A program made the translations under genes and the position numbers. 64,000 nt of DNA, taken from IMG/VR virus record IMGVR_UViG_3300033182_000980, positions 310,001 to 374,000 of that record. One strand, given 5' to 3'. The notes under the pieces were generated by a model. The model was not told where the DNA came from and searched no databases. It saw only the letters and a list, made by a program, of their open reading frames with translations. The first letter of the stretch is position 1. The number at the start of each line of letters is the position of its first letter. Below are positions 9,595 to 22,100 of this stretch, one piece after another.

Positions 9595-10571
9595 AGGGCT
9601 GTGTTATCCTCCTCACCTGTATCAACATCATCAAGCAATGATTTGTAATAAGGCTCTGGCCCACGATCTCTAGGCTTACTAAAGTCGGGTACACTTGATG
9701 CCACACTATCCACAGTGTTTGGTGCAGGAGCACCTTGTACGGTATCGCTAGAACCTGGGAGCTGTTCTTGATCCATCGCTTCAAAGAAGTTGAGGTCAAT
9801 GTTGGTCACGATATGTGAGAGGTGTACCTCATCGAGTTGCTTGTTCGGGTCATAGGGGGCGAGTTGAGCTGTTGTGCCAGAGAGAGCATTGAACAAGATG
9901 TCGTCTCTTTCGATTAACAACTGTTCTCTTAAATCACAGAGCTTGATGATCCTCGCTTCGAGGTTGTTCCTCAAGTGTGAGATTTCTTGTGTCGCCCATT
10001 TACGGGCATGGTATACCACACCACCTATTTGATCTGCTCTTGGATAAATACTCTTATTACTGCCACCTAACCTCCAACCAGGAAACTTTAGAACAGGCAA
10101 CCACCCCGAAGTATCTATCTGCTCTGACTCTTCTGCTGTCGCAGTTCTAGGGTATAGGACACCACCGTATGGCTGATCATAGCTCTTGTAAACATTCCGA
10201 GTATTGCCTTGTGAGTCTGTTACTCTAGGTTGATCTACTCCTGGTTCAGTTTCTCGCTCAATCCAATCATAAGAGTCTGGTCTTAAAAACATGGATATAT
10301 CAAAGGGGTTTCCACCTTGAGCGATATATGCTTTTAAGAGCTTTCCGAGAGCAGAGTTGACATCGACATCAAGTCCGACTCTTTTTTCAGTACAGACTTG
10401 AGCTTCTCCTTCACCCGTCTTTTCATAGGTGATGCGTATCTCTCCTATGCGATTGATCTCTTTATTGATGTGGTTGATCCGATAACCAACATTCTGTCTT
10501 TGCAATAGGACAAAGCGTCTAAACTCTAGCCATTGCCCTTTACGAAACATACAGTTCCAACCGAAGCTCAT
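9591..10571 (-). CDS. Hypothetical protein in structural operon
   Basis: 326 aa; translationally coupled to the 800 aa gene. Confidence 0.7.
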   Translation of the reverse strand: MSFGWNCMFRKGQWLEFRRFVLLQRQNVGYRINHINKEINRIGEIRITYEKTGEGEAQVCTEKRVGLDVDVNSALGKLLKAYIAQGGNPFDISMFLRPDSYDWIERETEPGVDQPRVTDSQGNTRNVYKSYDQPYGGVLYPRTATAEESEQIDTSGWLPVLKFPGWRLGGSNKSIYPRADQIGGVVYHARKWATQEISHLRNNLEARIIKLCDLREQLLIERDDILFNALSGTTAQLAPYDPNKQLDEVHLSHIVTNIDLNFFEAMDQEQLPGSSDTVQGAPAPNTVDSVASSVPDFSKPRDRGPEPYYKSLLDDVDTGEEDNTAL

Positions 10572-12973
10572 TATCCTTCTCCCTCTCCACCCATGAGGGC
10601 GATAAAGAAATCAATAAGAATGGATGGAACACCTCCAGCTACAACCATCGCACCAGTGCCATACCCGCCCGAACCGATGTCGGGTTTATCTTCTGACTGT
10701 TGAAGGGCAGAGATAAGACCTGCTGTACCATCAGCTAAATGGAATGTGCCGTATAGACCAGCAGGGAAACGGAAGCTCAGTATTAAATCTATGAGGGTTT
10801 TTATCTTTGCTATAATCGCCTGTACTTGGGCGATCCTCGTTTTCAGCATATGGATGAACTTAAGTATCTGAGCAACGATACCCTCAAGACCTTTTAGAAA
10901 TCCTTCCATGTACTTTTTAACTGTATCTATAAAGTCGGTTAAAGAGCTGAGGTCGGCATCTCTAAAGGGTCGCTGATTGATCCAAGCACCTGTCTCGGTT
11001 GTGAGAGGGGGGCTTAGGGTGACTACTCTTTGTGCGAGTCTGAATGTCTCTTTAAAGTCCTTATGCAAAAAGAGGTGTCCGATAAACACTCCGTGGTCTA
11101 TAACCACAGGGGATTTAGATCCGACCCAACGATCATGGACAACCGAGTCTCCAAGTCTCTCATAAAGCTGTAAATCGTAGTTAGCGTTTAGCATATCTAA
11201 TGTTACATCTCGATCTTCATTGATATAAATGCTAGTAGGTTGAATACCTACTTCCCCTCCTGTAGCTGTGTCCTTCATCATCTTTGCGAGGTCGAGAGGA
11301 AACTCGTTGATCTTGTCTAAGCTATCCTTCAAAGAGTTAAGGGTCGCATCCGAAGGCATATCAGACTTAAACCTAAGCATGATCTTCCTTAGCCATTCAT
11401 TAGCCTTTAATGCAAACTCTTGGGTGAGCTGATTTCCTACATATAAGTCAGCGTTAGATTCATAATAAAGCGATATGAGTTGTTGCTCTTTACCCACAGG
11501 ACTATCAAAGCCAAGTATGTTCAAGTGGTATACCTCATACGGATGAGTTAGCAGGTGAGCGAGCCAATAAAACTTAACTGCTTTGAGATACTTTTCTCGT
11601 ATGTCGGAGGGGCTTTTGACCACTACTGTGGCAGAGGGTTTAGAGATACTACCTTTACCCATTGCAAGAGAGACTAAACTCTCACCGACACGACCAGAGG
11701 TAAGAAAATCTCCTTCCACTAACTGATCCTGTGTCCCGAATCGTAAAAGACCAGGTAGCTCAACAGTTGTCTTACTTATGGAGTTGTAGTCATCAGAGTC
11801 GATTGTGAGCGAATACAGAGTAATGTAATACTCTGGATCTAAGTTCCCATCTATCTCTAGTTTCTCTAAGGGAATGTCGAAAGAGAAATCGTTGTCTCCA
11901 ACTAGACCTCCACCCCCTCCCCCATAGATGAAGCACCGATAAACATCGGAGATTTTTCGACCGTCAATGTTGTTGAGGTAATAACTGTCCTCTCCCTTTA
12001 TGATGAAAGACCCACTTGTGCCTATCCCATCGGGAGTCTCATCAAGGGGTTGGAACTCTTTGGACTCATCGAGTTTAGTGAACGCTGGGTCATCACTCTT
12101 AATAAGAGGCCAGAGACGAGGGTCTGTTTCCCCACCTACCAAGTCTTGAACAGTAGATTTATTTGGGCCGAATGCGGCTATCTCCACATCTTCTGTAGGC
12201 GGCCTCTCCACATTGTTAATGTAAGCGATCTTCTCATTTGCATTACGAGTGGCTACAGAAAACAAGAAGTAGTCGGGCAATATGAATGTCTTAGGAAAAA
12301 CCTTATTCGTTGAGGGTGGGGCTGGTAAGTTCCATTTGATTCTTATCCCATCTGGCTTATACACATTTGGGATCTCGATGTCTCCAACGATGTCATTGTA
12401 ATAACCTACTCGTACATTTATCGGAGCTTCTGCTTTATCGCTTGCCCCTTTAAATGACAGAAAGAGCTTAAGTAGCTTCTTAATGTAAGCGATGATCGCC
12501 CCTAACTTTGAGGCATCCGCACCTGCAAAGAAGGTCATTGCGAATACTTTGCTTTGAGGGGAGAAGTTAGGGCGAGTAGGGTCTTTGAGGTTTAATAGCT
12601 TCTCTACCATCCGGCTTTCAAATGCAGGGTATCCACCGAGTAGGCTTTCAGCAGGGTTCTTGAACTCTTTTTTATCCCATGTGATATACCAGCCAAGATT
12701 GCGAAGATCAGCGATAAAGGAATTTAACAGAGCGATGATTTCTTCAATGATTGGCTTAAGTGGATTGGTGAAGTCGATCAGTAATGAAGCAATGAAGTCC
12801 AATGCAGAGTTTACTAGAGCGAATGTGAGATTGACGATCTCAAACATCGCATCCGTTTTCTCTTTGGTTTCATCTAAGAGCTTATAAAAATCGTTCTCCT
12901 TGGCAATACCTACATGACCCCATGTATTAAAGCCAGGTGCTTTAGCCCATCCATTAGGGTCGTTATCAGCCAT
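10571..12973 (-). CDS. Probable virion protein (helical termini, beta-rich core)
   Basis: 800 aa; amphipathic helices at both ends; coupled in the operon. Confidence 0.65.
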   Translation of the reverse strand: MADNDPNGWAKAPGFNTWGHVGIAKENDFYKLLDETKEKTDAMFEIVNLTFALVNSALDFIASLLIDFTNPLKPIIEEIIALLNSFIADLRNLGWYITWDKKEFKNPAESLLGGYPAFESRMVEKLLNLKDPTRPNFSPQSKVFAMTFFAGADASKLGAIIAYIKKLLKLFLSFKGASDKAEAPINVRVGYYNDIVGDIEIPNVYKPDGIRIKWNLPAPPSTNKVFPKTFILPDYFLFSVATRNANEKIAYINNVERPPTEDVEIAAFGPNKSTVQDLVGGETDPRLWPLIKSDDPAFTKLDESKEFQPLDETPDGIGTSGSFIIKGEDSYYLNNIDGRKISDVYRCFIYGGGGGGLVGDNDFSFDIPLEKLEIDGNLDPEYYITLYSLTIDSDDYNSISKTTVELPGLLRFGTQDQLVEGDFLTSGRVGESLVSLAMGKGSISKPSATVVVKSPSDIREKYLKAVKFYWLAHLLTHPYEVYHLNILGFDSPVGKEQQLISLYYESNADLYVGNQLTQEFALKANEWLRKIMLRFKSDMPSDATLNSLKDSLDKINEFPLDLAKMMKDTATGGEVGIQPTSIYINEDRDVTLDMLNANYDLQLYERLGDSVVHDRWVGSKSPVVIDHGVFIGHLFLHKDFKETFRLAQRVVTLSPPLTTETGAWINQRPFRDADLSSLTDFIDTVKKYMEGFLKGLEGIVAQILKFIHMLKTRIAQVQAIIAKIKTLIDLILSFRFPAGLYGTFHLADGTAGLISALQQSEDKPDIGSGGYGTGAMVVAGGVPSILIDFFIALMGGEGEG

Positions 12974-13166
12974 TGGGGTCTACCTTTCTCTTTTTCTTTT
13001 GTAGCTCCCACTTAGCGAGTGCTTGTTCGAGGACAGCTAAGTTGCCTAAGTCCTCTTGTAGCTTACCCTCGTAGTGTGCTTGAAGCGTCCTTAAGTTCTC
13101 TAGGAGCTTCCCTACCTCTGTGCCATTAAGGTTTGGCTCTTTGGGTGTCTTTTTCCACTTACTCAT
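12966..13166 (-). CDS. Small coiled-coil protein
   Basis: 66 aa; overlaps both neighbours. Confidence 0.6.
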   Translation of the reverse strand: MSKWKKTPKEPNLNGTEVGKLLENLRTLQAHYEGKLQEDLGNLAVLEQALAKWELQKKKRKVDPNG

Positions 13167-16100
13167 TTGATGTCCTCCAATGCTGTGTCATCGGGGTTGC
13201 TAAGATCCACTCTACTAAGTTTAGATAGAGTGCCGTTTACTTGATCAGTACGAACAGAAATCCATGCGTACCTACTATCTCTAGCGTTCATAGAAGATAT
13301 ATCATTTTCAAGCACTGTCGGGATGCCATCTTCGGGTTCTCCGTACCCCTCATCTGCCATCTTGGGATCTTCAATCAACATTCGCCTGTCATATACTGAT
13401 AAACAAGTCTCGTTGTTCTCAAAAGGCTGACTCGCTTGATTACCCAAGATGCTCTGCAATAAAATATCATTTGACGGATGGCTGTTATCTGCGATGCCTA
13501 CATTATTAATCAATCCCTCGGCTTCATATTGCGACCAAGTGTAAGGCTGTGTTGGAAGCTGATTAAATGAACGAATGACCTCAACCCATGAGAGCGTCCT
13601 CTCCCTAAAAAATAAGAACGATCCAGCTAACGACTCACTAAGGGTAGCGTTGCGTCTAAGGATACGATATGAGAAGGGGTGGATAGACTCTGGCGTTGTA
13701 GCGTATGTACCACCAACAATCCCTGCTGTCTGTCTCAAAGGTTGTGCGTCATCTCCACTTACAGAGGGCAATAGCTTATAGGTTGTCCTCGCTGTTCCAC
13801 TATCTCCAGCATAGAACTCAACAGAGAGCGTGTTAGCGTCATCTACAGATACGACCTTATACGCCCCTCGATTGTCATCAAGGTGATTGGGTATGCCAGG
13901 TGTGCCGTCTCCATTATCACCTTGTGGTGGTGCTCCATATTCAGTCGCTGTTCCTGTAAGCAGACCTTGAGGATCAATCACTAAGAAATCACCCTCTGCT
14001 ACACCTAGAGCGATGAAGTCAGCGTTGGTGTCGGATAGCACATTCTCTACTCCAACGGAGATGCCCTCTTGAGGTGTTGTGGAATAAATCTCTGTGAAGC
14101 CATGTTCAATGAACTGATCGAACGCTTGTAGCTCTGGGATAAGAGGAACACGAGTGATGACCTTAAAGACATCATTGTTCCCAACTGCCGAGACAGACCC
14201 TCTAATGACAGAGCATTTAAGCGTTGAGCCTACCTCAAGGACTCGTAAATAAAGTGTCTCTTGGTTAGACCCATTAACGCACTGTACTTGATCACCTACC
14301 GACACAACATTTGTAAAGTCTCCCACCTGTGTATCTGTACCAGAGACATCAGCGACACCTTCACCATCAACCTTGAGGGGTGTAAGGGTGGCTACACTGT
14401 TAGCATAGGCAACGCTATCCACTCGACCTACTCGTTGCTCATAAAGGTATCGGAAACCCTCGAACGCATAGACGAGCTTAGAGAACACATCAGTAAAGCG
14501 TCTAAGTCTACGAACGGTGAAGTTCACTCTCTCATAGAAATCCCAAGCTGGTGGGTTTGTTAAGGTGGACTCAATCGGAGATCGAACTTGGCTTGGGAGT
14601 TCGCTTGGAGTAGCACCAAACTCAACAGGGGTTGTGCCTGCGTAGTCTCTCAAGAGTCGGGGGAATGTAGGATCAAGATAGATGCCTGCACTCACATTAA
14701 CAGTGATCTTGATCGTGTCATTCGGTGTGATGAATGTATCGTGGTATTCATTGCCTTCGGGATTATCTGTAACACGCTCGTATATATTCTGAGGTAGGTT
14801 GAAAGCCACAACCATGTTGTTTTCATCACGCTCTACCCTAGACTCATCTAAGTTATTTTTAGAACCTGTGTATCCCCCACCCACATTGAAATAAATCTCG
14901 ATGGTGTTATCTAGGCTTACAGGTATCTCACCATACCCTAATAGCAAGGTGTTAAAAGGTATGCGTGTTAAACCACCGATAGTTTGTTGACCCTCTCCTA
15001 CAAGGGAGATGAGTTCGTTTATCGTCACACCAGTAGGATGTGGTCCTCCACCTCCACCACCTGGTTTTTCACCATCAGCATAATGTGGGTTAGCGTGGTT
15101 AGCGTTTGTATTCTCGGTAAAGGTAAATGACCCGCCATTTTCTCCATCTGTCAAGGATTCGTATTCCACATGGACTTGAGAAAACCCATACAGTTCATCA
15201 TATACATGAGTAGACACAGAGAGTGGTTTGCTGAGGTAGTTGTTATTAAGCAGTATAATCAACTCACCGGATGCACCAAAGTAGTCGCTTAGGTTCGGCA
15301 CATCTGTTGTGATTGTTCCAGTACCATCTCCATTATTCACAACGCTTACAACTTTGGGGAACACTACAGGTAGTAAAGCACTTGAACCTAGAGTCTCTGT
15401 GATTTCTACTGTAGCGTCTGTCTTAACCACACCTCTGACCCGATGCGTACCTGCATTATGTCCATTCTCGATGTAAAGAAGATCACCTGTGAGGACATGA
15501 TCCATTGAACCTTGTGAACCAGGTGAAGGTATTACATTACGAAGAATGCCCTTACCACTATCAGTAAGGTTTGCTGGATCTGCAACCCCGACCAATCCAG
15601 AACTTGCAAGACCTTGTAAGATCGTGTCCGACTCATCAACCTCTGACCCAATGAAGATAGACATAGGGTCATCTGTTCGAGAGATCCCATTAAGTGATCT
15701 TGGTCTGAAAGTAGTGCTGTTGACTGAATAGAAAGAAGTGAACTCCTTGTTGTTTACATCACTATCCACAGTGCCTGTACTTGCCCCTCCCTCTTCTCTG
15801 ACCTCAAATGTGCTACTCTTAATCGTCAGCTTTTTAGTCGTATCAGACCCTCCCGCAAAAGCGGGGTCTGTGATTAGAGTAAAAATTTGTCGATCTGTGG
15901 GGAACACAACATCGAGCCTGTTGTTTGCAATCTCGGCTGTGCTAGTGACTGACAGCCTATAGTCATGGGAAACAGGATTACCAGTCTGCTGGTCAGCCCC
16001 AAAGAAGTATCCATTCCCACCATTTGGTTGAACCGAAAAATAAAAAATGTCCGTCGTATTATCCCAGAACCTGTTATAGAGCCAAGAGTTCATATCGCCA

Positions 16101-19100
16101 AAGTTATCCCATGTCTCTGGAGGGATTGATGTTGGGTCGTAAGGGTCTGGTACAGGTTCTTGAACAATAACTAACTGACTTGTCATAGGACAAGATACAG
16201 ATGTGATGTTAGACGCAGTGTGTAATGATTTTGCTACCTCATCATATAGACTTACAGTCCAAGAAGCACCGTCATAACTGAAGATAAATGTCCACTTGTT
16301 TCGATTTGGGTCGACCGTGTTTGACCCAAGGTTATGAACATGGAGTTTGACCTCTAATCCTGCACTTGGACTAGCAAATAAACTCTGAACATCATATCCG
16401 TTCATAAAGTAGATCTCGGTCACAGATCGGTCGTAGATCCCATTGACATCTGGAAACCAACCTTCTTGGATGAATAGATTCCCACCATTCGTTAGACCCA
16501 CTGAAAGATTTTCAAGCTCACATAAGACATCACATGGTGATGTAAATGTTGGTGGAGAAATACGATCCCCATCCACTTCAGCGATCTCAAGAACACCTGT
16601 AGAAGATGTACCTCCAGCACCACTAGAGTCGGGCTTCAAGATCATAAGATCACCCTGTCTCGGAGCTTGCTCGCAGATGCCATTCAAGGTAGAGAAATCT
16701 TCGCTCGTTGTGAGGAAGCCACCAGAAATACTAGCGGTACCCCTCGCCTCATCTGGATAAGCATACTCATTAAGACCCGATATGTCATTGAGCGTCTGCA
16801 CCTGTAAAGCATCTAAAGCTGGTGGGATCTGTGGCAACAAATCCCTCTCGCTAAATCGACTCTTATAAGGGATAGACTCATCACCAGTATCGTCAACAGC
16901 TTCGCCATCAAGAGCTGGATATCTAAAGGGTGTTGTCTCCGAGTAAAAGAAACTAACAGCTCCTTCTAAAGCCAAGCCACCCGAAGGAACATTCTGACCA
17001 ACGATTTCTTTGACGGGCCAGTTCGGTTCACTGATGCTAGGGAGACTTATATCAACAAGCTCACCTGTCGATGACTTTAACCCGATGTCAGAGCCAACCC
17101 TAAAAGTCGTTGACGGCGAGCTGTCATCGTCAAGATCACGAGCAAAGGATTCAATGAGAGTATCACCACGCTTTGGTGGGTTTTCAACCAATGACTCACC
17201 ATTGATCTTCAAGGTAAATGGATTACCTTTTAAGACCACATAGCACCCATTAACGATAGCTTCTACCTTAGCGTTTCTTGGCTCGGATCGTTCAGATAGA
17301 GGTGGGAATAAACCTAACTCAAGGAGTGTCGCTTGCTCGGCTGTGTTCAACACATTGTAGAACTCGCCCCCATTCCGACTGAGCCTCACCTTCGAGTTGA
17401 CTTGCAGACCATTAAAGGTTCGATCCACATTCCCTACAAGGGCATCTGCAAGCTCACCACCCTCACTCACAAACTGAGCCGTATCGGGTAATCCTGTTGT
17501 TGAATCAATGGGGAACTCATCAAGAGGAACAGCAGATAAGATGAAGGTAGGCTTACCCGCTGTCTCTGCCACCTCGGAAGGATAACCATTCAATGAGAAA
17601 TCATACACCCTAAAGCGAGCTGACCTACGACTCACCACAGGGAGGGCTGTAATGTTCTCTATTTGCCCTAGAGCGTTGTTTTGAGCATTGGCTATGGTAA
17701 TCCCATTGGTCGAGCTATTTAACGCTCCAGGATTGCGATATGAGTACATTCTCGTACTCGTAGGGAATAAGCGACTGAACCTATGTCTCCTCCACATAGG
17801 AGAATAAACAGGATCATACTCTACACGCACATAAGGGAAGCCTGCTCCAAAGTCAAAGACCGTCCTCTCCTTTTGACGAATGAGGACATAATCATCCATC
17901 TCGTTTTCTATGAGTGAACGCTGTTGCTCAAGGATTGAAGCCAGCACATCTGCTTCGGGTGGAGAACCACCAATCAAGATCGTGTCCTCTGGAGTCGGGT
18001 ACTGATTAGCAGGATTAAGAGGAGTTAAAAACTCCATGCTCACATAGCGAGGGTAAATCTCCCTCGTGATATGATCCTCCATACCTGGTGCGATCCAATC
18101 ACCAGCAGTCAACAGATTGAACTTGAAAGAGCCATCGGCATCTCCAACCACCTTGCCTGTGGTTGTAGAGAGGATGTCATCAACAGGCTGGACATAGCCA
18201 TTGTAAAGATTGATCCTAGAGCGAGCGACCACATCATTAGCTAGTAAGTCATAGACACCAATCGCCTTACCTTGTGATGTAGGTGAGGAGATAACCAGCT
18301 TACCCCCCGAACCTGTATCTTGATCGAGGCTTTGTTGAAGCTCATTAGCGATCTCTGATGAGTATGCGTCCTCGTCTGCAATCCTTACTTGGAAGGTGTC
18401 TGGTGATGAAACAACACAACTGACATTCAACCCTAGCCCATCGTATTCTTCGGGTGTCGTGGATTGATTAAAGGTTGCCTTGTATGAAGGCTTACTTACT
18501 CGACCACCTAAGAGCGTAAAAGGCTTTACTGCACTCAACGCAGTATGAAGCAAATAATAACTCACTTGAGGTCTTACATCATGGCCATTCTTGAGGTCGA
18601 TTAATCCAGCTTCGGAGTTAAAGTTATAGTCCTCGTTAAGAGTTAAAAGCCTCCCTCGACCCTCGGTGTGATTGTACTTGATGAGCTGAAAACTCTCGGT
18701 GTCAACAATGCCTGTCGTGAGAGTAAGACTAGTGTCTCCCTCAATCAGAACAGGTCTAAACGAGACATAGAAATCATTGGTCGAGATAAAGTCATGCCCC
18801 GTTGTGAACCCCTCGACTGTGACTTTGGTCATGCCAGTTGCATCATCAAGCCCTACCACTTTGACCCTGTAGGGTGTGCCTTGTAAGACCACAATCGACT
18901 TGGCTTTAATGAAGTCTCTGTAATCACCCTGTATCAAGATGTCTGGACTCTTAGGTTTCGCTGTCACATTCGCATTAGCCACCTGCCTAAAGGCATACGA
19001 GCTAGTCGTTCCCCCATAGGTGAATGAAGGCACATTGAGATAAGCAATCATCTCTGCCTCAATGTTCACCCTCGCTGGAGGACTTACAGAAATACTATTC

Positions 19101-22100
19101 GCACTCACCGAAACCACATTGAAAATCTGTGTGCCGACATGAATCAAATCACCAGCACCTAAGATATTCGTAAAGTCTCTTTGGACTGATAACGAGCTAG
19201 ACCCCTTGTCAATCTTGTACTTAGGGATCACCATCCCACTCGATGTACGAACCGTAGCATCTCCTCCGTTAGACTTTAAGGTCGTATAAGACACCTTCAC
19301 AGATGTCGTACTCGCTACCTCAAAAGAGAAGTGTATTGTGTCCTGTCCGATACTATAAAGACCAGCGGTAATCTGCTCTGGCCCTACAAACACTGTGGGC
19401 GAAGCTAATAACTCTACTTCTTTACCTGTCGGGTTGTAGGTGTACTGAAACCCATCTACCCTCGTAGCTTCTTCTTGAATGACTACAAACCCCATCGCTT
19501 CAATAACACGAACACCATTAGGATCATCTGTCGGGGTGTAAGATACCTCTACACCCACTCCCTCCTCTAAAGGGTCTTCAAAACTGATCGCTCCACTCGT
19601 TGCCTCATATCTAGGGTTCGCTAACAACTCCAAGAAATCATCAAATGGTTCGGGGTCAAATGGAGTCGTGAGCGTTAAACTCAAATCCATCTCGGCCGTA
19701 TCAACCAATCCACTACGAGGCTTCCTTACAAAGATCACCTCACCATCTACCCAACTACTGTTCGCTACCCCATCCTTCTCAAAGACCACTCGGTCATTAA
19801 CTACAGTAAACCCCTCTCCTCCAACCATCACACCTGCTTCATACTCAACCTCTCCTACCTTAATGCGATATGACCCACTCGTGTAATGATCTCCACTCAA
19901 CTCATAAGGGGATAATAACACCTCGTCCCTTAACACCGTTAAAGGATATGAGTCATCCCCCTTACGAATAAACAAAGTTGAGCTAGGCAACACCTTGTCA
20001 AAAGCAAGCGTTCCATACACCTTATAGACCTCTACTGCCTTACGCTCCAACACAGGTAGGTCATCTAAAATCTCTCCCACTACCTTTGTAGGATCGGGTG
20101 TCTCCGCTTCCTCTAACCCCTCTCTATATCCTCTGTAAATCTTCCAACGCCCAAGCTGAATACCTAAGACCGAACTAAGCGTAATCACACTCCCTGTAAT
20201 CGCCTCAATCTTAAAGTAGTTTAATCCGTCATAAAAGAAATCACCCTGTCGCACTAGCGTAGCATCAACCTCTAAGTCTAAATCTAATCCAGTTAGTGAT
20301 CCAACCTTCTGACCCGATAAAACCTCTGAACCTAAACGATTGATTAAACGAGCTTGACCCTCTAATCCATCACTCGGCAAGTCATAATCAACTCCCTCGG
20401 TTAAGGTCTGAGTGCTCACAGACCCATCCAACTGCTCTTGCGAGATCGTGATAGATGTTGTGCCTACCCTTAATCCAGATCCCAATGCCAAGCGTGATGT
20501 CTCTTGGTTCACCTTAGAGCTTACTGTACGACCTACAATCCAATGAAACCCATTCGGATTACCCCCAAATGATGTTTCGATGTCCGTATCTCCAAGTACC
20601 TTATCTCCTATCTTGAAAAACTTGCCCGCTCCATATCCAGAGAAATCTAAACGAGGCTCAAACTGTAAAAACTGAAACGCTGTACTACCACTTATGTCGG
20701 CTACCTTCTCCTCATCGAAAGAATAATAACCCTTGACCGTTGAGCGAGTTAAAACAAACTCAAGCCCTGTCTCCAAACTCACACTAGGTACAAGACCAAT
20801 AGACCTCAATGACACAAACTCTTCTGTCGTTGACGGATGATCTACAACAGATCCTTCGTCCACTACCAAATAACCGTCTACTACTGACACCCCCGAACCA
20901 ACCACAGTCTCGCCTGTAAACGATACAACCCCTCCGTCCACCCTAAATGAACCACTCTTGCCCGATAAACCCAAAATGCTCGTGTGCCTCAAACCACCAC
21001 GACTCAAAGCAACATGGCCACTGAAAATCTTCTTCGTCTGATTAGACCAAGCACGACTCAAGAATACCGTGTCCGTACCCTGTACCAAATAACCTCTGTG
21101 GATAGATAACCTCTTAGGTAGCCTCTCTACTAACTCCACAGGTAATGTTCGTCCAGCCTCCTCTAAACGAACATACATCCTCTCCCACCTGTAATCCCAC
21201 TTCAAACCCACACCCGTAGGCTTAAATGAACTCGCCACTCCACTCGGCTCTAATCCCGAACCGTCGGGTACATCCATCTTCTCTACTGTTAATCCGTCTA
21301 CGCCAGCTCCCACCCCAATAGGTGCATCACATAAAACCAATCCGTCATAAATCACAGGAGAGCTAGACAAAATCTTACCACTGTCTAACGCTACCTTCAC
21401 CACACCATATTCTGCATTACCTAAATCTCCCTCGGTGTCCACAAACACTACATCACTATAGCCATATCCAGCCACTCGCAATAAAGGATACTCATTCAAT
21501 CTCGGCTGTGGCGATAAATAACCCTCACCCAAAACCTCATTCGACTCAAATCCGCCAAGCGTCCCAGATATATACAACACCTCTTTACCCACATGATCGC
21601 TACCCTCCTTAAATAAAACCTTGCCCGATGGATTTAAAACCACTCCCTCCGCACCAAGCTCAAACGCTCCCTCCTCCTCACCCTCGGCTACCACAGGGAA
21701 ATCTGCCCCACCTATCTCAAACACCGTGACCGAAGCATCGGCTACATTACCACCGCCTAACCTTAACTCTCCCTCTAACCCAGCTATTACTTCGTAGTCA
21801 TCCTCACCCCCTACCACCCCCACTACACTTCCAGCCCCACCCTTCAATAATGACCAACCCCTGTTCTCATAATCAAACCGAACCCTACTATCATCATTAC
21901 GAGTCCACCAAAATAACCCGCCAACTAATCCAGTACCCTCCACACTAGATAAATCACGAGCTGAATGAACAACAGTCCCACCATAAAAATGATCTAAAGC
22001 ATCACCATTCTCATCTAACACCGAACTTAACCATACCCGACTGTTCGTTAAGTAATAATAGACACCATCAATCGCTTCCTCGAATAACTTCTCAAAACTA

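Noticed and set aside
13575-19886. Plus-strand ORFs inside the 3049 aa gene and similar shadow ORFs elsewhere
   Set aside because: Antisense or alternate-frame to longer RBS-supported genes, with no recognisable motifs
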